Shown here: positions 36,974 through 49,162 of the stretch, piece by piece | Position numbering within the stretch: the first letter of the stretch is position 1 | How the letters are laid out: each line of letters starts with the position of its first letter | Assembly: GCF_963921235.1 (NCBI RefSeq) | Contig: NC_086108.1 | Span: 112,408,001-112,472,000 of the forward strand | Source: Mobula hypostoma | Lineage: Eukaryota | Direction: 5' to 3' | Length of the DNA: 64,000 nucleotides | Notes under the pieces: model-generated | What the model saw: the letters and a program-made list of their open reading frames with translations, nothing else | Database searches by the model: none | Told to the model about the DNA's origin: nothing | Position numbers and translations under genes: made by a program

Positions 36974-39377
36974 TGCATGTACATACTGTGACCACTAGGG
37001 GACACACTGAACAACTGCATGTACATACTGTAACCACTAGGGGACACACTGAACAACTGCATGTACATACTGTGACCACTAGGGGACACACTAAACAACT
37101 GCATATACATACTGTAACTACTAGGAGAGATATTAAACAGTTACATGCACTTAAAATACAAGCAGGTCATTAATTGTTAAGATGCAAAGAAAATAACAAA
37201 CACTCTAATCCAACACATTGATTGTTAATGGGAACGCCATGTGGTTCAATTTTATAGATACTAAGAACAAACATAAATATTCAGGAATACATAAATTAAG
37301 GGAATGGTGAAGACAAAATCATTACTAGAGAAACGGGGCAAGTACTTGAAGAACGTTAACAGGGCTACAATTAAAATAAAATGAGAATATAGATAGTGAG
37401 CTGTAAAGATTAAAGATCTTTAAAGATTAGCTTTATTTGCCAGATGTACATCAAGACAATGAAACACACAGTGAAATGCATCATTTGCATTAACAACTAT
37501 CACAAGTGCCATTACAGCAAAGGCACTGAAGCATCTCTGCTTTCTTAAAGGTTTGTACAGATTCAGCACATAATCTAAAATTTTGACAAACTTCTATAGA
37601 TACACAGTGGAGAGTATCCTGATTAGTTGCAACAGGGCCTGGTACAGAAACACCAAAGTCCATGAATGTAAAGTCCTATTAAAAATGGCGAATACAGCCC
37701 AGTCCATCACAGGAAAAGCCTTCCCCACCATTGAGCACACCTAAAAGGAGCGTTGCCAGAAGAAAGTAGCATCTATCATTAAGGACCCCACCTTCTTGGC
37801 CATGCTCCCTTCTCACTGCTGCCATCTGGAAGGAAATACAGGAGCCCAGGGGCCCACACCACCAGGTTCAGGAACAGTTATTACCCCTCAACCATCAGAC
37901 TCTTGAACCAGCGTGGGTAACTTCACTCATCTCAACTCTGAACTGGTAGCATCTGCACGATTTTCTCTTGTTTGTGATTGGACCACAACCTATGGACTCA
38001 CTTTCGAGGACTCTACAACTCACTTTCTCAGTATTATTTATTTGTTTGTTTTTATTTACACAGATTGTTTACTTTTGTACATTGGCTGATTGTCAGTCTG
38101 TTTATTATTGATTCTATTGCATTTCTCGGTTCTACTGTGAATGCTCGCAGAAAATAAATCCCACAGTAGTATAAGGTGGCATGCATGCTTTGATAATAAA
38201 TTTATTTTTAACTTTGAACAATTAACGCAGTCCAAAGATGTGCTGGGGGCAGCCCACAAGTGTCACCAAGCTTCTGGCAGCAACATAACATGCTCACGAC
38301 TAACCCTACCCTATATATCTCCGGGAAGTGGGAGGAAACCGGAGCACCCAGAAAGGACATACACAGTCACGAGGAGAGCACACAAACAACGGCAGAAATT
38401 GAACCCCGATCGGAGATCACTAATGCTGTAAAGCAATACTTTAACCACTACATTACCGTATCTGTACCCAGCACACATGTGATGCAGTGAATGATGCATC
38501 TCGTATTGTATCGTTCTGTGGCAGGACAGCTGGACGTGTTTTTGAGCTGTTGGACCGGGAGATCACACAGGCTTTTGGTATTTCCAATGGAATCAAAAAC
38601 TTTGAAAATTCACCTAGATGTTTCAGAGAATTGGGTAACATTTGCAGGTATAGAACATTGAATAGTACAGCACAGTACAGGCCCTTCAGTCCACAATGTT
38701 GTGCCGACCCTCAAACCTGCTCTAAATTCAATGTAATCCTTCCATAGTCATAGTCATAGTCATAGTCATACTTTATTGATCCCGGGGGAAATTGGTTAAA
38801 ATTCCCTCTCACATATCCCTCATTCTCCTATCATCCTTTTGCCTATCTACAAGTCTCTTAAATGTTCCTAATGTATTTGCCTCTTCCATCACCCACCACA
38901 CACTGTATAAAGAAACCCACCTCTGACACCACCCCCCCCCACCGTACTTTCATCTAATCACATTAAAATTATACTCTTTTGTATTAGCCATTTCCACCCT
39001 GGGAAAACCTCTGTCTATGCCTCTTGTACATCTCTATCAAGTCACCTCTCATCCTCCTTCACTCCAAGGAGAAAAGCCTTAGCTCGCTCATCCTATCCTC
39101 ATATGACAAGCTCTCTAATCCAGGCAGCATCCTGGTAAATCTCCTCTGCACCCTCTCTAAAGCTTCCACATCCTTCCTATAATGAAGTGATTATTAACAA
39201 ATCATTAAAGCAGGTGTTGTGAGTTGGAAAGGTCGGGATCTTTACACACAGGAAATGTGAATGAATTAATGACGCCCGCACCCCCGTTAAATGTCAGGCC
39301 ACAATTTCAAATTTCCCAATTTTTAGTGGCTGGTTTGTCCATGGAGTTCAACACATTTTGCATTCAGTGCACCTGGT

Positions 39378-40980
39378 AAGGCAGGAGTGTTCCAAAACAT
39401 TTTGAGTCTCTCATTGCTGCAGTCGAAAGTTCTGACCTGCTTCAAAAGGGCAACAATTATGCCAGTGCCCAAGAAGAGTAGTGTGAGTGGCCTTAATGAT
39501 TATTGTCCAGTAGCTCTCACATCTACAGTCGTAAAGTGGTTATGGCTAGAATCAGCTCCTGCCTCAGCAAGGACCATTGCTACAATGGGTCAATGGCAGA
39601 TGAGATATCATTGGTCTCAACAGGCCTTGAGTTACCTGGACAATACAAATACCAATGTCAGAATGCTTTTATTGAGTATAGCTCAGCATTTAACACCATC
39701 ATTCCTACAATTCTGATCAAAAAGCTCACAAACGTAGGCTTCTGTACCTCCCTCTGCAACTGGATACTCGACTCCCTAACCCGAAGACCATGATCTGTGC
39801 GGATTGGAAATAACATCTCCACTCACTGATAATCGACAATGGTGCACCACAGGGACGTGTGCTTACCCCACTGTTCTACTCTCTCTACATCCATGACCCT
39901 GTGGCTAGGCACATCTCAAATATTATCTATAAGTTTGCTGATGATATAACCATTGTTGGCAAAATTTCAGATGGTGAGGAGAAGGCATACCAGAGTGAGA
40001 TATGCCAACCAATTGAGTGGTGTTGAAGCAACAACCTCAAGTCAACACAAGTTACTTTTGATTGTCATTTCGACCATAACTGCTGGTACAGCACACAGTA
40101 AAAACAAGACAATGTTTTTCAGGACCATGGTGCTACATGAAACAATACAAAAACTACACTGAACTATGTAAAACAACACAAAACTACACTGGACTGCGGA
40201 CCTACCTGGAACTGCATAAAGTGCACAAAACAGTGCAGGCATTACAATGAATAATAAACAAGACAATAGGCACAGTAGAGGGCAGTAGGTTGGTGTCAGT
40301 CCAGGCTCTGGGTATTGAGGAGTCTGATGGCTTGGGGGAAGAAACTGTTACATAGTCTGGTCCTCGCTCTCAACGTCAGTAAGACCAAAGAACTGATTGT
40401 GAACCTCAGAAAGGTAAGATGAGGGAACACACAGCAGTCCTCATTGAGGGATCAGAAGTGGAAAAGGTGAGCAGTTTCAATTTCCTGGGTGTCAATATCT
40501 CTGAGGACCTAACCTGGGCACAATATCGTAGCCAGCTATAAAGAATGCAAGACAGCAGCTCGATTTCAATAGAAGTTGAGGAGATTTGGTATGTCACCAA
40601 AAGCACTCAAAAATTTCTACAGATGTACTGGCATTCTAATTGGCTGCATCACCATCAGGTATTGGGGGAGGTGTGGGGCTACTGCACGGTATTGAAATAA
40701 GCTGCAGAGAGTTGTAAAATCAGTCAGCTCCATCATGGACACTAGCCTCTGTAGTATCCAGGATATCTTCAAGGAGTGGTGCCTCAAAAAAGGAGGCATC
40801 CATCATTAAAGACCTCCATCACTCTGGACATGCCCTCTTCTCATCGCTACCTTCGGGAAGGAGATACAGAAGCCTAAAGGCACATATATAACAATTCAGG
40901 AATAGATTCTTCCCCTCTGCCATCGGATTTCTAAATGGACACTGAACCCATGAAGACTACCTCACTTTTTTTTTGCACTA
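39378..40980 (+). mobile_element. Degenerate Rex1/Babar-type LINE RT with a reverse-strand LINE 3' end nested at ~40040-40360
   Basis: CFKRATIMPVPKK, LNDYCPVALTS, SSAFNTIIP, CNWILD, ggtgcaccacaggga, aagtttgctgatgat. Confidence 0.85.
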
Positions 40981-42260
40981 TTTATTTAATGGTTTGTTCT
41001 TCATCAAATTATGGTACTGCTGTAACTATATGTTATAATTATGTGGTTCTGTCAGTGTTAGTCTTTGGTTTGTCCCGTTTTCTGTGATATCACTCTGGAG
41101 AAACATTGTATCGTTTCTTAATGCATGTGTGCATTTCTAAATGACAATAAAAGAGGACTGAGCGTTCTCATAATCTAAATTTAATTATTTAATATGTATG
41201 CTTCCTATAATTCAGTTTTCCTCTCTATTGAACTGCTGCTGCAAAGTGAGCAAATTTCATGACATGTGACAATGATATTAAACCTGATTCTGATGCTGAT
41301 TCATATTAGCCACTTTTGCCCAAGTACTTGAACAACTATTAAAAAAAAAGATAAAAGCAAAATATTGCTGATACTGTAAATTTAAAAATGGGTTTCAGAA
41401 CCGATTCAGGGGAGTTTATTGTCACAGGCACCTTCTTCTTAAGCCTGTCACTCTGGGGGTACAGGCTGCCAACAGCAGCTCAGCTGAGTCTGACCTCTGT
41501 CCTGGGCCACTCTTTCAGGTTTTCGAGCTGCCACCCGTCGAAGATACTTCCTCCCTGCGGGATGAGGTCTTTGGAGCTACTTCTGGCATTTCTGTAGCTC
41601 TGGGTTTTTACAGGATGGGGCTACTCACACCATGCCCAACCCTCCTCCTTTGGCAGCCGGGCTTGGGGCCGTCCATGCCACACGCACACTTGGTCACAAT
41701 GAAATTCCTTGCTTGTGTGAGGTTCGCAGAGGGAAGAGCCAACACAGTTACAATATATTCAGCAATAAGCACAATAACAGTGGAATAGTGCGAAGTATAG
41801 AACTGAGGGAGTGAAAAAAGAAATGTCAAAGTGACAATACTGAAATGCTGGAAAGATTCCATTACGCTGGAAAGAGAGAAGAGTAAATTTACAAACTTGC
41901 TGCTGGGTTATGGAAAGAGATTGAGCAGGTTTGGACTTTATTTTTTGAAGAACAGAAGAAAAGGGGGTGATTTTATAGAGATGTGTACAATTATGAGGGA
42001 CAAAAATAAGATGAATGTCATAGAATCATCAACCGCTACAGCACAAAGACAGGCCTTTCGCCCCATCTAGTCCATGCTGAACTATTACTTTGCACTGGCA
42101 CTAGCCTCCCCGGTTTCAATAGGCAATGCCTCAAAAAGACAATATCCATCATTAAAGACCCACCATCACCCAGGACATGCCCTCTTCTGATTGCTACCAT
42201 CAGGGAGGAGGTACAGGAGCCTGAAGACTCACACTCAATGATTCAGGAACAGCTTCATCC

Positions 42261-45210
42261 CATAAGACCATAAGACCATAAGACAAAGGAGCAGAAGTAG
42301 GCCATTCAGCCCATCGAGTCTGCTCCGCCATTTTATCATGAGCTGATCCATTCTCCCATTTAGTCCCACTGCCCCACCTTCTCACCATAACCTTTGATGC
42401 CCTGGCTACTCAGATACCTATCAATCTCTGCCTTAAAGACACCCAATGACTTGGCCTCCACTGCTGCCCGTGGCAACAAATTCCATAGATTCACCACCCT
42501 CTGACTAAAAAAAATTTTTCGCATTTCTGTTCTAAAAGGGCGCCCTTCAATCCTGAAGTCATGCCCTCTCGTACTAGACTCCTCCATCATGGGAAACAAC
42601 TTTGCCACATCCACTCTGTCCATGCCTTTTAACATTCGAAATGTTTCTATGAGGTCTCCCCTCATTCTTCTAAACTCCAAGGAATACAGTCCAAGAGCGG
42701 ACAAACGTTCCTCATATATTAACCCTCTTATTCCCGGAATCATTCTAGTGAATCTTCTCTGTACCCTCTCCAACGTCAGCACATCCTTTCTTAAATAAGG
42801 AGACCAAAACTGCCCACAGTACTCCAAGTGAGGTCTCACCAGCACCTTATAGAGCCTCAACATCACATCCCTGCTCCTATACTCTATTCCTCTAGAAATG
42901 AATGCCAACATTGCATTCGCCTTCTTCACTACTGACTCAACCTGGAGGTTAACTTTAAGGGAATCCTGTATGAGGACTCCCAAGTCCCGTTGCATCTCAG
43001 AATTTTGAATTCTTTCCCCATTTAAATAATAGTCTGCCCATTTATTTTTTCTGCCAAAGTGCATAACCATACACTTTCCAACATTGTACTTCATTTGCCA
43101 CTTCTCTGCCCATTCTTCCAATCTATCCAAGTCTCTCTGCAGACTCTCCATTTCCTCAGCACTACCGGCCCCTCCACCTATCTTCGTATCGTCAGCAAAC
43201 TTAGCCACAAAGCCATCTATTCCATAATCCAAATCGTTGATGTACAATGTAAAAAGAAGCGGCCCCAACACTGATCCCTGTGGAACACCACTGGTAACTG
43301 GCAGCCAACCAGAACAGGATCCCTTTATTCCCACTCTCTGTTTCCTGCCAATCAGCCAACGCTTTATCCACGTATGTAACTTTCCCGTAATTCCATGGGC
43401 TCTTATCTTGTTAAGCAGCCTCACGTGTGGCACCTTGTCAAAGGCCTTCTGAAAATCCAAATATACAATATCCACTGCATCTCCCTTGTCTAGACTACTG
43501 GTAATTTCCTCAAAAAATTGTAATAGGTTTGTCAGGCAGGATTTTCCTTTAAGGAAACCATGCTGAGTTCTGCCTATCTTGTCATATGCCTCCAGGTACT
43601 CTGTAACCTCATCCTTGACAATCGACTCCAACAACTTCCCAACCACCGACGTCAAGCTAACAGGTCTATAATTTCCTTTTGGCTTCCTTGTCCCCTTCTT
43701 AAATAGCGGAGTGACATTTGCAATCTTCCAGCCCTCCGGAACCATGCCAGAATCTATCGACTTTTGAAAGATCATCGCTAATGCCTCTGCAATCTCAACA
43801 GCTACTTCCTTCAGAACACGAGGGTGCATTCCATCTGGTCCAGGAGATTTATCGACCTTTAGCCTATTCAGCTTTCTGAGTACTTTCTCTGTCGTAATAG
43901 TGACTGCGCACACTTCTCTTCCCTGCCACCCTTGAGTGTCCGGTATACTGCTGTCTTCCTCAGTGAAGAATGATGCAAAATACTTGTTCAGTTCCTCTGC
44001 CATCTCCTCATCTCCCATTACAATTTCTCCAGTATCATTTTCTATCGGTCCTATATCTACTCTCACCTGTCTTTTACTCTTTATATACTTGAAAAAGCTT
44101 TTAGTATCCTCTTCGATATTATTTGCTAGTTTCCTTTCATAGTTAATCTTTTCTCTCTTAATGACCTTCTTGGTTTCCTTTTGTAAGGTTTTAAAGACTT
44201 CCCAATCCTCTGTCTTCCCACTAATTTTTGCTTCCTTGTATGCCCTCTCCTTAGCTTTAACTTTGGCTTTGACTTCTCTTGTCAACCACGGTTGCATCCT
44301 TTTTCCACTCTAAAATTTCTTCTTTTTTGGAATATACCTGTCTTGCACATTCCTCATTTCTCGCATAAACTCTAGCCACTGCTGCTCTGCTGTCTTTCCC
44401 GCCAGTATCCCTTTCCAGTCAACTTTGGCCAGATCCTCTCTCATGCCACTGTAGTTTCCTTTACTCCACTGAAACACCGACACATCAGATTTCGGCTTCT
44501 CTTTTTCTAATTTCACAGTGAACTCAATCATGTTATGATCACTGTCTCCTAAGGGTTCCTTCACCTCAATCTCTCCAATCACCTCCGGTTCATTACACAA
44601 TACCCAATCCAGTACAGCCGATCCCCTAGTGGGCTCAACAACAAGCTGTTCTAAAAAGCCATCTCGCAAACATTCTACAAATTCTCTCTCTTGAGATCCA
44701 GTGCCGACCTGATTTTTCCAATCTACTCGCATGTTAAAATCCCCCACAATTATCATAACACTGCCCTTCTGACAAGCCTTTTCTATTTCCTGTTGTAATT
44801 TGTAGTCCACATCCCTGCAGCTGTTTGGAGGCCTATAAATAAGTGCCATCAGGGTCCTTTTACCCCTGCTATTCCTTAGCTCAACCCATAAAGATTCTGC
44901 ACCTTCCGATCCTATATCACCTCTTTCTAATGATTTAATATCATTTCTTACCAATAAAGCCACGCCTCCCCCTCTGCCTACCTTCCTATCCTTCCAATAC
45001 ACCGTGTATCCTTGGACGTTCAGCTCCCAGAGACATGCATCCTTTAGCCAGGTCTCAGTGATGGCCACAATATCATACCTGCCAATCTGTAGCTGTACAA
45101 CAAGATCATCCACCTTATTTCTTCCGCTGCGTGCATTTAAGTACAACACCTTAAGACCAGTATTTGATACTTTTTGCTTTGATTTCACTGCAACTTTATT
45201 GCACTGCAAC
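42261..45210 (-). mobile_element. Young CR1 LINE with near-intact ORF2 (one in-frame stop)
   Basis: ORFs 44310-45236 (APE) and 42360-44297 (RT, FADD) share one frame, separated by TAG at 44312-44310; (TCTTATGG)n tail. Confidence 0.95.
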
Positions 45211-45572
45211 TCTGACATCAGATTCTGAATGGGCATTCAGCCGTGTACACTACTTCACTACTTTCCCTCTTTTTGCACTGCATATTCAATTTAATATTTT
45301 AAATATGTGTACATACTATAATTTATAGCTTTTATTGTTATGTATTTCACTGTACTGCTGCTGAAAAACAACAAATTTCACAACACTTGCCAGTGATAAT
45401 AAACTTGATTCTGAAGATTTCCAGCATCTGCCAAATCTGTTGTGATGAGATAAGCTGTTTTCTTGGTTAGCTGAGACATGAACTGGGGTAGATTAATTCA
45501 AACCATCATTGCCTTGGGATTATAGGGGTTTTATCCGTGGCAGGTTCAGTCTGCCCTCACTGTTATTTGCAG

Positions 45573-45848
45573 GACAGAGCCCGCGGGCTTGGAGAGTAAT
45601 GAACCATCTTCATTTGAAGTTTACCCTATCGCCTTTACGATCTATCCAGACCAGTTTAACAAGCACACCCATGAAGTGCTGCAGCTTGCAAGGAAAAAAA
45701 GCTATTGTCTCACATTCTCATCAATGCAACCAGCATGATCCAATCTTCTATTCTGTTCTGTTGACCGGTTGGCACACTGGTACTGAAGCTCGATCAGACC
45801 ACGGCTGGAGTCATGAGTACAATTAATGGACAGTGCATTTTTGAAAGG
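45573..45848 (+). other. Candidate exon in a unique island
   Basis: Acceptor tgttatttgcag|GAC and donor AAGG|gtgagc; ATG at 45813 gives 12 codons (MSTINGQCIFER) up to a phase-0 donor. Confidence 0.3.
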
Positions 45849-46508
45849 GTGAGCCTTGCGAAGAGTACAGAGCAGATTCAATATCAGAATCAGATTTATT
45901 AACACTGACAGATATCATGAAATTTGGCGTTTTGCAGCAGTGGTACTGTGTAATACATAAAATATACTATAACTTAATAAAAATATATTTTGCACTGCTA
46001 ATTTTAAATTTTATAATATGTGTAAGTATAATATATCAGGCTTGCTTGATGTTATTTTTATACACAACTGTAAGAAGGACTAAATAATTGCTACTCCGGA
46101 TCCGATGCAGCATAAAGTAAGACTATGGAACTATCCAACCAAAAGATACAGTATAGGAGTAGAAGTAGGACATTTTGCCAATCGAGTCTTTTCTGCCATT
46201 TCATAATGGCTGATCCAGTTTTCCCCTCAGTCACAATCTCCTGCCATCTCCCCCCGTATCCCTTCATACCCAAACCAATCAGGAATCTATCAACCTCTGC
46301 CTTAAATATACATAAAGACTAGGCCTCCACAGTTGCCTGTGGCAAAGAATTCCACAGATTCACCACTCTCTGGCTAAAGAAATTCCTCCTCATCTCTGTT
46401 CTAAAAGGCTGCCCCTCTATTCTGAGGCTGTATCCTCTGGTCTTAGACTCTCCCACCATAGGAAACATCCTCTCCACATCTACTCTATCAAGCCCTTTCA
46501 CCATTCAA

Positions 46509-48036
46509 CACACATCAAAGTTGCTGGTGAATGCAGCAGGCCAGGCAGCATCTCTGGGAAGAGGGACTGTATTGGCACTGCTTCCTGCACGCATGCAGAA
46601 CTCGTTGACTTTTAACTTTGCCTCCAACTTTCACCCTGCCCTCAAGTTTACCTGGTCCATTTCGGACACCTCCCTCCCCTTTCTAGATCTTTCTGTCTCT
46701 GTCTCTGGAGACAGCTTATCCACTGATGTCTACTATAAGCCTACTGACTCTCACAGCTATCTGGACTATTCCTCTTCTCACCCTGTCTCTTGCAAAAACG
46801 CCATCCCCTTCTCGCAATTCCTCCGTCTCCGCCACATCTGCTCTCAGGATGAGGCTTTTCATTCCAGGACAAGGGAGATGTCCTGCTTTTTTATAGAAAG
46901 GGGCTTCCCTTCCTCCACCCTCAACTCTGCTCTCAAACACATCTTCCCCATTTCACGCACATCTGCTCTCACTCCATCCTCCCGCCACCCCACTAGGAAT
47001 AGGGTTCCCCTGGTCCTCACCTACCACCCCACCAGCCTCCGGGTCCAACATATTATTCTCCGTAACTTCCGCCACCTCCAATGGGATCCCACCACTAAGC
47101 ACATCTTTCCCTCCCCCCCCGCTTTCCGCAGGGATTGCTCCCTATGCGACTCCCTTGTCCATTCGCCCTCCCCACTGATCTCCCTCCTGGCACTTATCCT
47201 TGTAAGCGGAACAAATGCTACACATGCCCTTATACTTCCTCCATCACCACCATTCAGGGCCCCAGACAGTCCTTCCAGGTGAGGCGACACTTCACCTGTG
47301 AGTCGGCTGGGGTGATATACTGCGTCCGGTGCTCCCGATGTGGCCTTTTATATATTGGTGAGACCCGACGCAGACTGGGAGACCGCTTTGCTGAACACCT
47401 ATGCTCTGTCCGCCAGAGAAAGCAGGATCTCCCGGTGGTCACACATTTTAATTCCACATCCCATTCCCATTCTGACATGTCTATCCACGGCCTCTTCTAC
47501 TGTAAAGATGAAGCCACACTCAGGTTGGAGGAACAACACCTTATATTCCGTCTGGGTAGCCTCCAACCTGATGGCATGAACATTGACTTCTCTAACTTCC
47601 GCTAATGTCCCACCTCCCCCTCGTACCCCATCCATTATTTATATACACACATTCTTTCTCTCTCTCTCCTTTTTCTCCCTCCGTCCCTCTGACTATACCC
47701 CTTGCCCATCCTCTGGGTTTTTCCCCCCCTCCTCCTTTTCTTTCTCCCTGGGCCTCCTGTCCCATGATCCTCTCATATCCCTTTTGCCAATCACCTGTCC
47801 AGCTCTTGGCTCCATCCCTCCCCCTCCTGTCTTCTCCTATCATTTTGGATCTCCCCCTCCACCTCCCACTTTTAAATCTCTTACTAGCTCTTTCTTCTGT
47901 TAGTCCTGACGAAGAGTCTCGGCCCGAAACGTCGACTGCACCTCTTCCTAGAGATGCTGCCTGGCCTGCTGCGTTCACCAGCAACGTTGATGTGTGTTGC
48001 TTGAATTTCCAGCATCTGCAGAATTCCTCGTGTTTG
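46509..48036 (+). mobile_element. Penelope-like element, 5'-truncated, with inverted terminal segment
   Basis: 15-bp TSD CCTTTCACCATTCAA at 46494-46508 and 48037-48051; frameshifted RT-thumb/GIY-YIG (ORFs 46521-47282, 47135-47605); 46507-46564 is the reverse complement of 47941-47998. Confidence 0.95.
47902..47937 (+). ncRNA. Minimal hammerhead ribozyme motif (helix II variant)
   Basis: AGTC CTGACGA AGAGTCTCGGCCC GAAA CGTC GACT; core intact, helix II carries a mismatch. Confidence 0.75.
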
Positions 48037-49162
48037 CCTTTCACCATTCAATAGGTTTCAATGAGGTCACCCTCATTCTTCTGAATCCCAGTGAATACAG
48101 GCCGAGTCATCAAATGCTCTTCATCCGACAAGCTGTTCAGTCCTAGAATCATTTTCAAAACCTCCTTTGAACCCCCTCCAGTTTCAACACATAAAGGGCC
48201 CAAACCTGCTCACAATACTCCAAATGAAGCCTCAGCAGTGCTTTATAAAGTCTCAACATTACATCCTTGCTTTTATATTCCAGTCCTCTTGGAATGAATG
48301 CTAACATTGCATTTGCCTTCCTCCCCACAGACACAACCTGCAAATTAACTTTTAGGGAATCCTGCACATGCTCCCAAGTCCCTTTGCACCTCAGTTTTTT
48401 GTATTTTCTCTCCAATTAGAAAATAATCAACTCTTTCACTTCTATCAAAATGCATGACCGTATACTTCCCAACACTGTATTCCATCTGCTGCTTCACTGC
48501 CAGTTCCCCTAATCTGTCTAAGTCCTCCTGTAGCCTCTCTACTTCCTCAAAACTACCTGCCTCTCCACCTATTTCGTATTACCTGCAAACTTTGCAACAA
48601 AGCCATCAATTCCATCATCTAAATCATTGACATATAATGTAAAAAGAATCGGTCTCAACACAGACCCCTGTGGAACACCACTAGTCACCGGCAGCCAGTC
48701 AGAAAAGACTACCTTTATTCCCACGCTTTGCCTCCTGCCAATCTGCCACTGCTTTATCTATGCGAGAATCTTTCCTGTAATACCATCGGCTTGTAGCTTG
48801 TTAAGCAGCCTCATGTGTGGCACCTTGTCAAGGGCCTTTTGAAAATCTAAGTACACAACATCAACGATTCTCTTTTGTCTATCCTGCTTGTTATTTCGTC
48901 AAAAAATTCCAACGGCTTTGTCAGGCAAGATATTTTCTTGAGTAAACCATGATGACTATGGCCTATTTTATCATGTGGAGGTATTAGTAATAGAGTACCC
49001 TGAGACTCCAACGTCTTCCCAACCACTGAGGTCAGACAAACTGGCCTATAATTTCCTTTCTTCTGCCTCTATTCCTTCTTGAAGAGTGGAGTGGTATTTG
49101 CAATTTTCCAGTCTACCAGAACTATTGCAGATTCTAGTGATTCTTGAAAGATCATTACTATA

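Larger units (their letters stand above)
35497..37150. repeat. 42-bp minisatellite (~19 units) interrupted by two PLE-derived insertions
   Basis: Unit TGTGACCACTAGGGG(G/A)CACACTGAACAACTGCATATACATAC in three blocks: 35497-35872, 36520-36782, 36974-37150. Confidence 0.95.
46150..49157 (-). mobile_element. CR1 LINE RT/3' part split by a PLE insertion
   Basis: ORFs 46319-46504 and 48155-48415 are consecutive CR1 ORF2 segments on either side of 46509-48036. Confidence 0.9.

Noticed and set aside
36814..36976. Canonical pre-miRNA or DNA-transposon MITE
   Set aside because: Arms are PLE 3'-end sequence, the inverted repeats are not terminal on the left side, and the 13-bp TSD is similar in length to those of the PLE insertions here; small-RNA production is not excluded
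35497..37150. CRISPR-like array (repeats with unique inserts) and repetitive ORFs (HTVTTRGHTEQLH)n
   Set aside because: Units are head-to-tail with no spacers, there are no cas genes, and the context is eukaryotic; the ORFs are a by-product of a 42-bp (14-codon) period and are broken by indels
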